Positions 13,940-25,713 of a stretch of DNA of 64,000 nt are shown one piece after another. Below the pieces are notes generated by a model, which saw only the letters and a list, made by a program, of their open reading frames with translations, had not been told where the DNA came from and did no database searches. The number at the start of each line of letters is the position of its first letter. Position 1 is the first letter of the stretch. The stretch comes from Octopus vulgaris (lineage: Eukaryota): NCBI GenBank assembly GCA_951406725.2, contig OX597840.1, forward strand, positions 868,001-932,000, in the 5' to 3' direction. Made by a program: the position numbers and the translations under genes.

Positions 13940-13940
<1 letters not shown>
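13875..13940 (+). pseudogene. tRNA-Trp(CCA) copy lacking the first ~6 nt, embedded in (TA)n
   Basis: GTGGCGCAACGGTAGCGCGTCTGACTCCAGATCAGAAGGCTGCGTGTTCGAATCACGTCGGGGTCA: D arm, anticodon arm TCTGA-CT-CCA-GA-TCAGA, T arm GTTCGAATC. The 5' acceptor strand is replaced by ATATAT. Confidence 0.88.
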
Positions 13941-13985
<45 letters not shown>

Positions 13986-13988
<3 letters not shown>

Positions 13989-14366
13989 TGGAGGCGCAAT
14001 GGCCCAGTGGTTAGGGCAGCGGACTCGCGGTCATAGGATCGCGGTTTCGATTCCCAGACCGGGCGTTGTGAGTGTTTATTGAGCGAAAACACCTAAAAGT
14101 TCCACGAGGCTCCGGCAGGGGATGGTGGTGATCCCTGCTGTACTCTTTCACCACAACTTTCTCTCACTCTTACTTCCTGTTTCTGTTGTACCTGTATTTC
14201 AAGGGGCCGGCCTTGTCACCCTCTGTGTCACGCTGAATATCCCAGGGAACTACGTTAAGGGTGCACGCGTCTGTGGAGTGCTCAGCCACTTACACGTTAA
14301 TTTCACGAGCAAGCTGTTCCGTTGATTCGGATCAACCGGAACCCTCATCGTCGTATCGACGAAGCT
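13986..14366 (+). mobile_element. tRNA-derived SINE family A
   Basis: GTGGAGGCGCAATGGCCCAGTGGTTAGGGCAGCGGACTCGCGG...GGTTTCGATTCCC head with a TCG (Arg-like) anticodon position. The body matches 783-1572. Confidence 0.9.
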
Positions 14367-14375
14367 CAAATATAT

Positions 14376-14415
<40 letters not shown>

Positions 14416-14669
14416 ATAATAAATATTAGGGAATAAATCCAAATTTACAGGGAAAAAATCAGATTTAGGATTAAATCCAATTTTATAGTAAAATATTATA
14501 AACAAACAAGGAAAGACTTAAGGCAAAGACCACTGGGTAGTCGGCCGTATGCTAGAAATAGATCACCAACGATCAAACTACGAAGAATGTTTTCTAGACG
14601 AAAATTCAGCGGACACCAGAACAATTAGGCGGGCAAGACAGATGAAAATTATACAAAAAACAGAATTAC

Positions 14670-14746
14670 TCACAGACCGGCGGTTTCGTCTATTAACAAA
14701 TGAATTACTTATATAATCCAATTGTCCGTAGATTCGTCAGCGCGAT
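14670..14746 (-). ncRNA. Type I hammerhead ribozyme motif with extended stem II (family H2)
   Basis: Minus strand: TCGCG-CTGACGA-ATCTA[hairpin-forming insert]TAGAC-GAAA-CCGCCGG-TC-TGTGA, giving a GUC cleavage triplet. Confidence 0.72.
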
Positions 14747-14959
14747 CGTTCCGATAGGTAATGTAATTTGAAAAACTAACCGCAGCTTTCTGCGCCAAAA
14801 GAGACAGGTGTTTAGCTTTACCGATTACATTAATGATAATTTCAAATGTCTTAGTTCTGGCGCTCTAAAATTCCGGAAGCGAAGAACTGCAGTAAATAAT
14901 TTACTGTGGTTAATGCTGCCTGTTAGAGAACATATTTATTTTAATATTTAAATAATGAG

Positions 14960-15121
14960 GGAGATAAATTAATATTAATTTAATTAACATCAGTTTAAAA
15001 CCAGTAGCCTAGCATACAAAAATTTGAAAAATCAGAAAATATTCTCTGATTTTTCAAATTTTTGTATGCTAGGCTACTGGTTTTAAACTGATGTTAATTA
15101 AATTAATATTAATTTATCTCC
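14960..15121. repeat. Near-perfect inverted repeat with ~77-bp arms and an 8-nt spacer
   Basis: GGAGATAAATT...AAAAATCAGA / AAATATTC / TCTGATTTTT...AATTTATCTCC. It extends imperfectly to ~14944 and ~15137. Confidence 0.95.
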
Positions 15122-15266
15122 GTAATTATTTAAATATATATATATATATGTATATACGATGAGCCTCTACATGGTTTTCATCTATCAAAATTAGTCAGAA
15201 ATCATTGGGGTCTTTTGCTTTTATAAGTAGAAGACACTTAGTTAAGATGCTCCGTATTGGGACCGA

Positions 15267-15509
15267 TCATCATTGTTCGACCATGGTCGAGACAATGGAA
15301 TTTACCATGCTACGCCAGACTTCACGGTCCATCATGACATTGCGGAGGTCCTGTTGCTGGATGCCTGTATCCCTGGAGATTACATCAGGGTAGGAGAATG
15401 TGCGCCCTCTGGTATTGCGAGTAGATGGCTTCCAGAGGAGGAGAGTAGAAATTACTTCTTTTTCAGCTCTACAACAATGTCCAGCAAACAAGACTCTCCT
15501 ACCTTTCAC
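15267..15509 (-). mobile_element. RTE-type LINE 3' fragment with TSD, inserted in an old family B SINE
   Basis: Highly similar to 22994-23243 (GRRVLFAGHCCRAEKE...VSTMVEQ*). ATTGGGACCGA is duplicated at 15256-15266 and 15510-15520. Confidence 0.9.
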
Positions 15510-16635
15510 ATTGGGACCGAACCCGAAACCTCGTTGTTGCAATGTGACTTTCTTAAACACACAACCAATAATGAAAGTGAGGGAATTAATGAAAAAAAGA
15601 ATGTTAAACACAAAAAAGTCTGCAAAAAATGTGAAAAAAGAAGAAAACAAACGGAAGAAGCACGACTTCAGAAAAATCACAACAAAAAAATACAAAAACT
15701 TGAATCTTTACGAAACCTTGATAATATTCACAGCAGAGTGTTTAGGAAAGAAACATCAAATAGTATTAAACACTTTGAGAAAGAAATCAATAAAGAGAAA
15801 AAGAAAGAAAAATCGGGAATGAAATAAAAAAAAAAATTATCAAACAAAAAATAAAATTCAAAGGATTGAAGTAAGAACATAAGTAAAAAAATATGACCAA
15901 AAAAGAAATCAAAAGTCTTAAAACTAACTTATTTAAAAAACGCAAAAAAATATCAAAAACCTGGGTAATACAAACTCCAGTCTGACTGGCTCCGACGCTA
16001 AAAGTAAAAGCAGGAACAGAGACTAACTGTAGATTATTTTTATGTTTTTACTATTAACTCTTGACTCCTAAATTACTTTATTTACCTAACACAATTCTCT
16101 ACTCACTAAGATTGCTTCTCGCTTTTGAGAGAGGGGAAAACATTTGCCGATTGAATATATAAAAGTTTAATATATTAAATCTCAAGCTCCTTTTTCTTTG
16201 TCTTATTTCGCTACTTTTTTTTTAATAACCCTTTTACTTACATTCTTTTGCGTCTCAATTTTTGGGTGTGTGTTTTTTTTTTGTCTAGGTATTTTTTTCT
16301 TTTTTTTTTTACTTATTTTCTATTCTCGGTCTTTTCATATATTTTTCAGGCGTCATGTTCGGTGTTTAGTGGAGCTCTCCATTTTTTGCTTGTTTTTTTG
16401 GCACAAGCACACTCCTCTTCATCCCGCCGCATCCCCACCTTGCTCTCTTCTCTTTCGTACTTCATGATTTTTTCACTTGACTTTCTTCTCGTTATTCGTT
16501 ACCATTTTTTCTCCTACTCCTCCTCCTCCTCCTCCTTAACTCCCTCCCCATCTCTCCCTTCATCCCCCACCTCCTTCTCACTTTCATTGTCTTCATTTAA
16601 TTTTTCTTTTCTTCCTTACTTCTTCATGTTCTTCA

Positions 16636-16670
<35 letters not shown>

Positions 16671-16690
16671 TTATTATTATTATCATCATC

Positions 16691-16740
<50 letters not shown>

Positions 16741-16760
16741 CATTATTGTTATTGTTGTTA

Positions 16761-16803
<43 letters not shown>

Positions 16804-16810
16804 CATCATC

Positions 16811-16891
<81 letters not shown>

Positions 16892-16898
16892 GTTGTTA

Positions 16899-16945
<47 letters not shown>

Positions 16946-17759
16946 GTTATTGTTGTTATCATTATCATTATTAATATTATTATTATTATTATTAATATTA
17001 TTATTATTATTATCATTATCATTATTATTATAGTTCTTGTCATTTTAATTTGCTTCTCTTTTTTGTAGCTTCTTTTTTTTTTCTTCTTCTTCTTCTTCTT
17101 CTTCTTCTGTTACGTCACCAATATCAGCGTCCCATCACCACCCCAATTCCCACCGCTACCCCAACAATTATCATTCTCCACATCATCATCGTCATCTCTT
17201 TCGTCATTGTTACCATTATCATCCTCCCCCTCCTCCTCATCAATATCAACTTCGTCGCCATCATCATTGCTCTAGTTGTCCTCCTCCTCCTCCTTCTCCT
17301 CTTCGTCTTCTTCATCACACTCCTACTAGGTATCCTCAGCCACCGTCGTAGAACCATGAACAGCAACTTCCTGAATATGCTCAATATTATCATCACCTGT
17401 ACACCAACAACATCACCGCAATCTTCACTTAACTCCATTCTCACGATCATTACAACAATCATTAACAATAATACCATCAATTATCATTGTAATTAGAGTT
17501 AACAATGCCGCATAGACGTATCCGTAAGAAATGGCTACAAAGAATACCTAGGCATGTGTGAAAAGCGCCCAACAAATGATTAGATCTTAATTAATCAAAG
17601 TCATCTTGTGTGACCTTTACATATAACCGGAACATAGTATTAAGTATAACGTGCTATTCCTTGGGCATTATGAGAATATATTTCTTAGTATTTCATTCAA
17701 ATTGTGGTCTCGTTAATTAGAAATAATTTAAAGTGTGGCTATAGCTGCTTAATTATTGA

Positions 17760-17960
17760 TTTTAAATTTTGGCACAATGCCATCGAATTTCGGGGGATGG
17801 GATGAATCTATTACATCGACCCCACTGTTGAAATAGTACTTGTTTTATCGACCCCATAGAAAGAAAGAGACCGTCGACCTCAGCGAATTTGAACTCAGAA
17901 TATGAAGACAGACGAAAGCATTTTACCGGTGTTATAACGATTCTGTCATCTCACTGGCTT
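17760..17960 (-). mobile_element. Old SINE family C copy
   Basis: AGTACTTGTTTTATCGACCCC...GTCGACCTCAGCGAATTTGAACTCAGAA. Confidence 0.6.
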
Positions 17961-18957
17961 TAACTGCTTGATGAGTATTATTACCTATATTTCAAAAGTT
18001 CCACTCATCGTAAGGACTCATAATGCCTGTTATTTGGTTTCCATGCACGCCAGACTGTTGTAGGGTTACCTAATAACAGCTGAATTCACTGGGGCAGCGT
18101 ATAAAGAAATATTTTACTGAAAAACATTACACACAGCCCTGTCGAACAATTGAATTCGTAATCTAGCAATCGCGAGTACAACACTCCTACCCAGGGCACG
18201 CTTCTTCATTTCATGTCCACTTCTGTAAATATCTCACAGAAGTGCTTCTGTTTTGTGCAAAGTTATCATCTGCAGTTGGCAGAGAAAATATCTAAATACA
18301 TTCACGGAGAATACACATAAAACTCTTTATTTTGTTGAGATCGTATCAAGTCTGTAGTATTATCTAAATCCATATTAAAAGAGAAGCAGAAGTATTACAA
18401 GTAGTAAAAAACGGACGATAGGATATACGAGAGTTTATAATTATTCCCGACAATTGTTTCGAGGCATCTTGAGTGGGGGCGACACAAAAAAACTGGTTCA
18501 GAAGCATCTGTCTTTCATTTGCCATAAACCTAACGACAATAAGTTTGTTATTGTCACTAACACACTTATTGACGATAACACATTCGTGTGTGTCTCGGAG
18601 CTGACCCCTAATTATAATTATGCATATAATTATAGAATATTTTGTATAATTCACCTAAAAACGTTATTTTAACTTACTTACTACTTGGTAAAATGACTAA
18701 TTATTAATTGATTAACTGATTAATTAATTAATTATACCCTTTTTGGGAGCTGGCCAGATTGGAGAAATGTCAAGATTAATCGGCCGAAATTGCGAGGATG
18801 ATCCGGTTCTTGACTGAAGATAAAAGGCTTCGAATGACCCGTCCTTGTATCGTCTATCTCTATCTGGATGTTTTGTTGTCCCTTTTTGTATCACCTAGTT
18901 GTCGGGATGTTTTGCGTTCTTCTCCCATTTTGTATTTTATTATATATATACATACAT

Positions 18958-19008
<51 letters not shown>

Positions 19009-19394
19009 CAGACAGACAGAAAGAGAAAGAGAGAAAGGTAAAGCGTGTATAAAATCATAAATTATACAGCTATCTAGATGAAATTGTATTTAACAAAAGA
19101 AAACTCGTAAAATTACGACAAATTTGTTCCGTAAGTGAAAAATATGCAAAAGATTTATGTTATCAGTTATCACATTTAATAATAATTAAATTACTTTCTG
19201 TTACCTGACGACATAGAAAAAAATTCTGCATTATTTTGATTGAATTTTTTTTGTATTTTGCAATAATTTAGATATGTAAGTAATTTATCTATTATCAAAT
19301 ATAATAATGATAATATAATTTATTTGCATGTTTTTGAGTTACAAAGCAAATTTGACGTGATATAAGTATTTTTGTTTTTCCTCTCTTTTTTTCT

Positions 19395-19600
19395 GCATTT
19401 ATTTGTTTCAGCCATTTGATTCCGGCCATGCTGGAGCACCGCCTTTTAGTCGAACAAATCGACCGCGGGATTTATTCTTTCTGAGCCTAGTACTTATTCT
19501 GTTGGTCTCTTTTGCCGAACTGCTAAGTTCCGGAGGCGTAAATATACTAGCATCGGTTGTCAAGTGATGGTAGGAGGACAAGCACAGATACATACACAAA
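19395..19600 (-). mobile_element. SINE family B, 3' half
   Basis: GGCCATGCTGGAGCACCGCCTT...CTAGTACTTATTCT. Confidence 0.8.
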
Positions 19601-19975
19601 TTTAAACACACACTCGCACACACACTGACACACACATTCACACTGATACACACATTCACACTCACACACACATATATAAAATAATTAAGATTCTGTTGAA
19701 TTAGTTACTTAAGTTGAGGCACCAAATCAGTCAGGAAGTGTCCACACAGCTCGAAGTAAGGTGAATAAAAAGCAAATAAGTAATAAGTATATCAAGGTAT
19801 TAGTGCATTGCGGCCATCACAGGCGGTTCCATTTAATGGATGGATGCAAGCATTACACCAATTTGAAATACACCGCTTTCCTCGGATGCCGATTGGTTTG
19901 AAAAAACGTTTTGAGCAGAGAACTTAAAAGAAGGGGAGATAATTAAGTATTGGTGATCCCAAAACGACGGTGAGC

Positions 19976-20019
<44 letters not shown>

Positions 20020-20173
20020 ATATGTGTATGCGTGTGGATGATTCTGAGTGAATGTACGGATAATGGAGTGTGGTGTGGGCGCTGGGAAGTGGTCAGTGCT
20101 TGTGTGTGTGGAGTGGTGAGGAGTTGTGTGATATGGTGAGATGGTGCGGTGATGTATATATATATACATACAT

Positions 20174-20486
20174 ATCACCGTGATCACCGTGACCGACCAG
20201 ACTATCAGATGTTGCTACACATCGCTGATCACAATGCGCTTCGCTTTGTTTTAGCCTTCAAATGACGCCACCCTGCTGGCTAAGCGAGCAGGCAAACAGA
20301 AGAAAGAGTGAGAGAAAGTTGTGGCGAAAGAGTACAGCAGGGATCGCCACCTCCCCCTGCCGGAGCCTCGTAGAGCTTTAGGTGTTTTCGCTCAATAAAC
20401 ACTCACAACGCCCGGTCTGGGAATCAAAACCGCGATCCTGCCACCGCAAGTCCGCTGCCCTAACCACTGGGCCATTGCGCCTCCAC
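20174..20486 (-). mobile_element. SINE with family A head and body but a different 3' tail ending in tandem CACGGTGAT
   Basis: Matches family A up to CAACTTTCTCTCACTCTT and is unrelated after that point. Confidence 0.82.
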
Positions 20487-21253
20487 TATACATATATATA
20501 CATATGCGTAAATATATGTATGCGTGCTGTTTCTCCTATAAGATATAGTGAACTCATAGTTAGGCATCCAACTATGATGAGTCCACTGAATTCTCATAGC
20601 AGAAACACCTATAGGCTTATGAAGTTCATGAGATAATAATGTATTACACTGTCATTTTTCATTCGCGCTTATATATATGTGGGGTGCCCAAAAGAAACCA
20701 GAATTGCGCAAGTGCATAATTGTTTTATAATCAAATGCACAAATAATTTTGACGGGGTTAAGCGAACAGATTTGATAAAAGATTTTCAATTAGAAATTTG
20801 CCTCGTCTTGTAAATAAAATTTTTCCAATCTCTGGTTAGTTTTTAACCTCTTTGTTTCTGTTTTCACTAATTCACCGAGTGTTTGTCTCTGATATTAACT
20901 GTTACTTTTTTTCTATTTTCACTGTAGACAAATCAATATGGTTCTGGCAGTAATAATGATGGGGTGGCGCCAGCGATGGTGGAGGTGATATTAGAGCAGC
21001 TGCTCTCGGGTGGCAGTCGAATGGACGTAAGTGGCTTTGTGTTGGGTCAAGTTTCTGTTTTCTTGTTTAAAACTGTGCAAGCGATGACGCTTGGAAAGAT
21101 GGTTTGTACGTCATACAAAAATAGAAATCTTCGTAAGCATCTTATACATATTTAATGTATGACGTTAAAAATTCTTATTTTACTCCCATTTTTCTATGCT
21201 AACATTTCGTTGGCTGGACCTCAAAGTATATAGTCACTTGTTATAGTCCTTTA

Positions 21254-21336
21254 ACATCTTACTATAGCCTCGGGCCGACCAAAGCCTTGTGAGTGGATTT
21301 GGTAGACGGAAACTGAAAGATGCCCGTCGTAATTAG

Positions 21337-21399
<63 letters not shown>

Positions 21400-21612
21400 T
21401 ATGTATGTATGTATGTGCGTGTCTGTGTTTGTCCCTCGAACATCGCTTGACAACCGATGCTGGTGTGTTTACGCCCCCATAACATAGCGGTTCGGCAAAA
21501 GAGACCGATAGAATAAGTACTACGCTTACAAAGAATAATTCCTGGGGTCGATTTGCTCGACTAAAAAGCGGTGCTCCAGCATGGCCGCAGTCAAATGACG
21601 GAAACCAGTAAG
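21254..21612 (+). mobile_element. 5'-truncated SINE family B
   Basis: CTATAGCCTCGGGCCGACCAAAGCC...CAGCATGGCCGCAGTCAAATGAC. It supplies the spurious N-terminus of ORF 21571..23232. Confidence 0.85.
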
Positions 21613-21627
21613 CTAGTATATATATGG

Positions 21628-23232
21628 TCAACCCATTTTAAAAACCTCATTGGGAAGAATGCCAAAATCCCTGATAACCCCACTCTCCCAAGTGTGCCTA
21701 TATCAGACACGCTGGACATCAACACCTCCCCTTTTACCATATTTGAACTAACAGCAGCCACCAAGCAACTAAAAGCCTCGAAAGCATTTGGTCCCGACAA
21801 CATTCCGGCTGTGATTTGGAAGGATGATAGATTTCACACACTTTTGCTTAACCTCTGCAACCACACACTTTCCACCTTTGTCGCTCCAAAGATTTGGCAC
21901 CAGTCTCAAATCATTCCAATACCCAAAAAAGGCGATTTGTCCCTCGTCACCAACTACAGGGGCATATCTCTAATGTCAATTGCTGCAAAACTGTACAACA
22001 AACTGATCCTAAATCGTCTTGTCCTTTTTGTTGAACCTTTGCTCCGAAAGAACCAAAATGGATTCAGACATGGGCGCTCAACGCTGAGCCAGATACTATG
22101 CCTGCGCAGACTTATTGAAGAATCAAAAGCATTTAATCGCGATCTTGCAATGGTATTTGTAGACTTTTCTAAAGCGTTCGATTCTGTAGGTAGGTGCAAG
22201 ATGTTTGAAATCCTTAAGCTCTATGGGATACCAGACAAAATTATTTCTGCCATCAAGGTCCTCTACACAGATACGTCTTCAACCATCTTAACCCCTGATG
22301 GAGAAACATCATCTTTCTCGATCGAGGCCGGAATACTGCAGGGAGACACACTCGCCCCATTTCTTTTCATCATTGTTGTTGATTATGTGCTACGTATGTC
22401 AGTTGATACCATCTCTGGCAAGGGCTTTGAAATAAAACCAAGAAGAAGTTCCAGACACCCAGCTGAGTACTTGACAGACACTGACTTTGCTGACGACATT
22501 GCTCTTATCAGTGATTCTCTCTCCAATGCCCAGTCTCTTTTACAATCTCTTGAACAAGCCTCAAATTGTGTAGGTCTTTACCTTAATGAGACCAAAACTG
22601 AATACATAAACAAGTGCCTGTCCAACAGTGATTGCATCATCCACACTCTCAACAGTGCACCTTTAAATATGGTTTCTGATTATAAATATCTTGGGTCATA
22701 CATATCATCATCTGGAAAAGACTTTCTAACTAGAAAGGGTATGGCCTGGTCAGCCTGTAATGACATGCATAAGATCTGGTCATCAAATCTAAGTAGAGAC
22801 TTCAAACTTGAAATATTCACAGTCGAACCAATCCTACTATATGGCTCAGAAACCTGGACGTTATCAAAGAAGCTTGAAAGGCGGTTGGATGGAACCTACA
22901 CTCGCCTCCTTATGAGAGCTCAAAATCTCTCGTGGAGGCGCCATCCAACTAAAATGCAAAAATATGGGAAATTACCACCTGTGTCATCTCTTGTGAAGGG
23001 TAGGAGAGTCCAGTTTGCTGGACATTGTTGTAGAGCTGAAAAAGAAGTAACTTCTACTCTTCTCCTCTGGAAGCCATCTACTCGCAGCACCAGAGGGCGC
23101 ACACTCTCCTACCCTGATGTAATCTCCAGGGATACAGGCATCCAGCAACAGGACCTCCGTAATGCTATGATGGACCGTGAAGTCTGGCGCAACATGGTAA
23201 ATTCCATTGTCTCGACCACGGTCGAACAATGA
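21628..23232 (+). CDS. Non-LTR reverse transcriptase (partial ORF, ~535 aa, no endonuclease domain retained)
   Basis: KAFGPDNIP, NYRGISL, QNGFR, FVDFSKAFDSV, LQGDTLAPFLF, FADDIAL, YKYLGS and LLYGSETW motifs occur in order without stops. Confidence 0.92.
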   Translation, partial: STHFKNLIGKNAKIPDNPTLPSVPISDTLDINTSPFTIFELTAATKQLKASKAFGPDNIPAVIWKDDRFHTLLLNLCNHTLSTFVAPKIWHQSQIIPIPKKGDLSLVTNYRGISLMSIAAKLYNKLILNRLVLFVEPLLRKNQNGFRHGRSTLSQILCLRRLIEESKAFNRDLAMVFVDFSKAFDSVGRCKMFEILKLYGIPDKIISAIKVLYTDTSSTILTPDGETSSFSIEAGILQGDTLAPFLFIIVVDYVLRMSVDTISGKGFEIKPRRSSRHPAEYLTDTDFADDIALISDSLSNAQSLLQSLEQASNCVGLYLNETKTEYINKCLSNSDCIIHTLNSAPLNMVSDYKYLGSYISSSGKDFLTRKGMAWSACNDMHKIWSSNLSRDFKLEIFTVEPILLYGSETWTLSKKLERRLDGTYTRLLMRAQNLSWRRHPTKMQKYGKLPPVSSLVKGRRVQFAGHCCRAEKEVTSTLLLWKPSTRSTRGRTLSYPDVISRDTGIQQQDLRNAMMDREVWRNMVNSIVSTTVEQ

Positions 23233-23243
23233 TGATGATGATG
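21628..23243 (+). mobile_element. RTE-type LINE, 5'-truncated, with (GAT)n tail and 10-bp TSD
   Basis: The RT frame is open up to the stop at 23232, followed immediately by GATGATGAT. ATATATATGG occurs at 21618-21627 and 23244-23253. Confidence 0.9.
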
Positions 23244-23296
23244 ATATATATGGAGAGAGAGAGAGCTATATATATATGTATATATAGCTCTTTCTC

Positions 23297-23354
<58 letters not shown>

Positions 23355-24095
23355 GTATATATATATACAGAGAGGGATACGGAAAGAGAGAGCGATGGCT
23401 GTGTGTAAATATATATGTGTTTACGCAGCCAAAGTAGTTGAAATCTCGACTTGAAGTACTATCGACATAAATAATTTAATAAATCCGTACAATACATGTT
23501 TTCATATCAAACTACTTCTGCTATTCATTTCCCTTACAAAATTATCTATAGAGCTTATAATCTCTGGTAAATGTGAAGTAAAGTATCGTGGCTACTTTGC
23601 CAGGCGGAGAAAAACATCAAATATGTATGACGGTTGCCATTTGTGGAGTAATGAGATTATATATTATCAAATAGAACGATCGCTAAGATAAATAAGGAAC
23701 GGCTGAGGAGCGATGGATTAGATGTAGATGAGGAGAAAGAATGGCTGAGCGACACGGGAATGAAACAGGCTGGGTTATATTTGCAAAAGAAAATATGTTT
23801 GTAGATTTATAGTTATTCGTACGTTTGTTTTCTCGTAGTTGCCTAGACTAGCGATTAGAGCATTGTGAACGAAGACCTGCATTTTAACCAGTGCCATGAT
23901 TCGGTCGTTTTATGTTGAAATTATAGATATATACACAACGAAGAATATATTGTGAAAACTCGATGCTCGGAAGCTTGTATCATACAGCATCCTTTTGTAC
24001 GGCTTCATTAATTCAACTATTATATCAGCTTCTGCGAATACATATATATACTTACATACATATACAAATACACACATATATATATTATGTATGTA

Positions 24096-24260
24096 TAGGC
24101 GTAGCTGTGTCATAAGCATGCTTCCCAAGCACATGGTTCCGCGTTCAATCTCACTGCGTGGCAACTTGGGCATGTGTTTGCTACTATAGTCTCGGGTCGA
24201 CCAAAGCCTTGTGAAGGGTTCTAATAGACGGACACTAAAAAAAACAAGTGGTCTGTGTGT
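24096..24260 (+). mobile_element. SINE family B, 5' half
   Basis: CACATGGTTCCGCGTTCAATCTCACTGCGTGGCAACTTGGGCA...GACCAAAGCCTTGTGA. Confidence 0.7.
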
Positions 24261-24366
24261 ATATATACATATGTGTATACATACATTAATATATATATGT
24301 GTATGTGTGTATATGTATATATATATATATGTATATTTATAAATGTGTAGATGTATATGTATATGA

Positions 24367-24402
<36 letters not shown>

Positions 24403-24433
24403 CATATATACCTACATATATGCATATATATAT

Positions 24434-24509
<76 letters not shown>

Positions 24510-25071
24510 ATATGCTGACTCTCACGGTTATTCACTTATAATTGATTTATCGACGACCGACTGACCGACTGAATGCACCTAAAATGAACATCTGAAACAG
24601 TTGTAAGTCTACAATGCACAAATAAATAAGTTAATAAATAAATGAATAGAATAAATTAATAACAGCTATTATATATGTCTTCTCTTGTATATCACTGTGA
24701 AAACACACCATATTAACTAGGAAAATGCAAGCATAGATTGAAGAAGTCGACTGGACTCCGACTTGGCATCTCGCCTCAGGATTGTCCAGAGTTCTATAAC
24801 AATCCAAAACTTTTTTGTTTGCTTGGTACATTTGCATTAGCGTAGAAATTATGAAGTATTTCACCTGGATAGATATTTCCTTATTAATAAAAATGTAACC
24901 TAGTACCTGACGGTACTTCTATTCCTGTAAGCTATGGACAAAATATTCATATAATGGATATTTTATATATATAGTCGCAAATATGCAAATGTGTGTATAT
25001 ATATATATATACATACAATGATATACATACATGCAATCTATATCCACATAAAGTATATATATGTATGTATA

Positions 25072-25378
25072 CAGGTGGTTAGAACCTCGGGCTCCAAATC
25101 ATGAGGTAGTGAGTTCGATTCCCAGAGAGGGTTGTGTATTCTGTTCTTGAGCAAGGCACTTTATTTCTCGTTACTGTAGTCCACTCAGCTGTAGAAATAA
25201 GTGATGACGTCACTGGTACCAAGCTGTATCGGCCCCTTTGCCATTCCCTTGAGCAACGTCAATCGCGTGGAGAAGGCAGGTTGGTATGCATGGCCGACTG
25301 CAGGCCTTCCATAATCAACCTTAGCCGGACTTGTGCCAAGGAGGGTAACATTCTCGAGGCAATCACATGCTCATTCAT
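25072..25378 (+). mobile_element. tRNA-derived SINE with CORE-like central segment (family E)
   Basis: GTGGTTAG...GAGTTCGATTCCC head followed by TTCTTGAGCAAGGCACTT...GTCCACTCAGCTG. Related copies are at ~50310-50525 (-), ~52560-52715 (-) and ~18020-18215 (-). Confidence 0.65.
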
Positions 25379-25420
25379 ATGTATATACATATATACGTGT
25401 ATATATATATATATTTTCAG

Positions 25421-25619
25421 CATGTGATCGCGTGTGTATTGTTGGCGATTTTCTTGCTCCGTCTTCCCTTCTTTGGACTTTTACTATATTTCTGATGAAG
25501 AGCACCGCTCGAAACGTGAAATCCTCTTCATTTTCTTTCCTTTCCCGAGCGTCCAATAACACTGTACTTATTCCACGTCTTAGCGTTGTTGTTTTACCTT
25601 GCTTGTTCATATTTGGACT

Positions 25620-25622
<3 letters not shown>
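25421..25622 (+). mobile_element. ~200-bp hammerhead-bearing element (family H3) ending in (TA)n
   Basis: Homologous to 47032-47200 and 57005-57210. Contains TTT-CTGATGA-AGAGCACCGCTC-GAAA-CGTG-AAA at 25488-25522. Confidence 0.75.
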
Positions 25623-25709
<87 letters not shown>

Positions 25710-25713
25710 CATT

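Larger units (their letters stand above)
14420..15137 (-). mobile_element. Non-coding PLE-like terminal cassette with hammerhead and fold-back end, between (TA)n tracts
   Basis: The terminus AGGGAATAAATCCAAA.TTACA is shared with 25714-26070 and 56581-56740. It contains a hammerhead at 14670-14746 and a palindrome at 14960-15121. Confidence 0.65.

Noticed and set aside
15520-15990. Lys-rich ORFs 15273..15827 and 15400..15822
   Set aside because: They combine antisense RTE sequence with A-rich low-complexity DNA.
18780-18850. CTGAAGA...CGAATGACCCGTC as a hammerhead
   Set aside because: It has GAAT instead of GAAA and no convincing stems I and II.
20528-20616. Imperfect hairpin containing TGATGAG...GAAAC
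   Set aside because: It may be a decayed fold-back hammerhead cassette, but C3 is missing and the stems are weak. The same applies to the motifs at ~40637-40670 (-) and ~41893-41930 (-).
21571-21627. N-terminus of the 553-aa ORF as a real start
   Set aside because: It derives from the adjacent SINE tail and the TSD. The LINE is 5'-truncated at ~21628.
24700-24870. Possible minus-strand exon or 77-aa ORF
   Set aside because: There is no recognisable domain, the splice signals are weak, and no partner exons were found.
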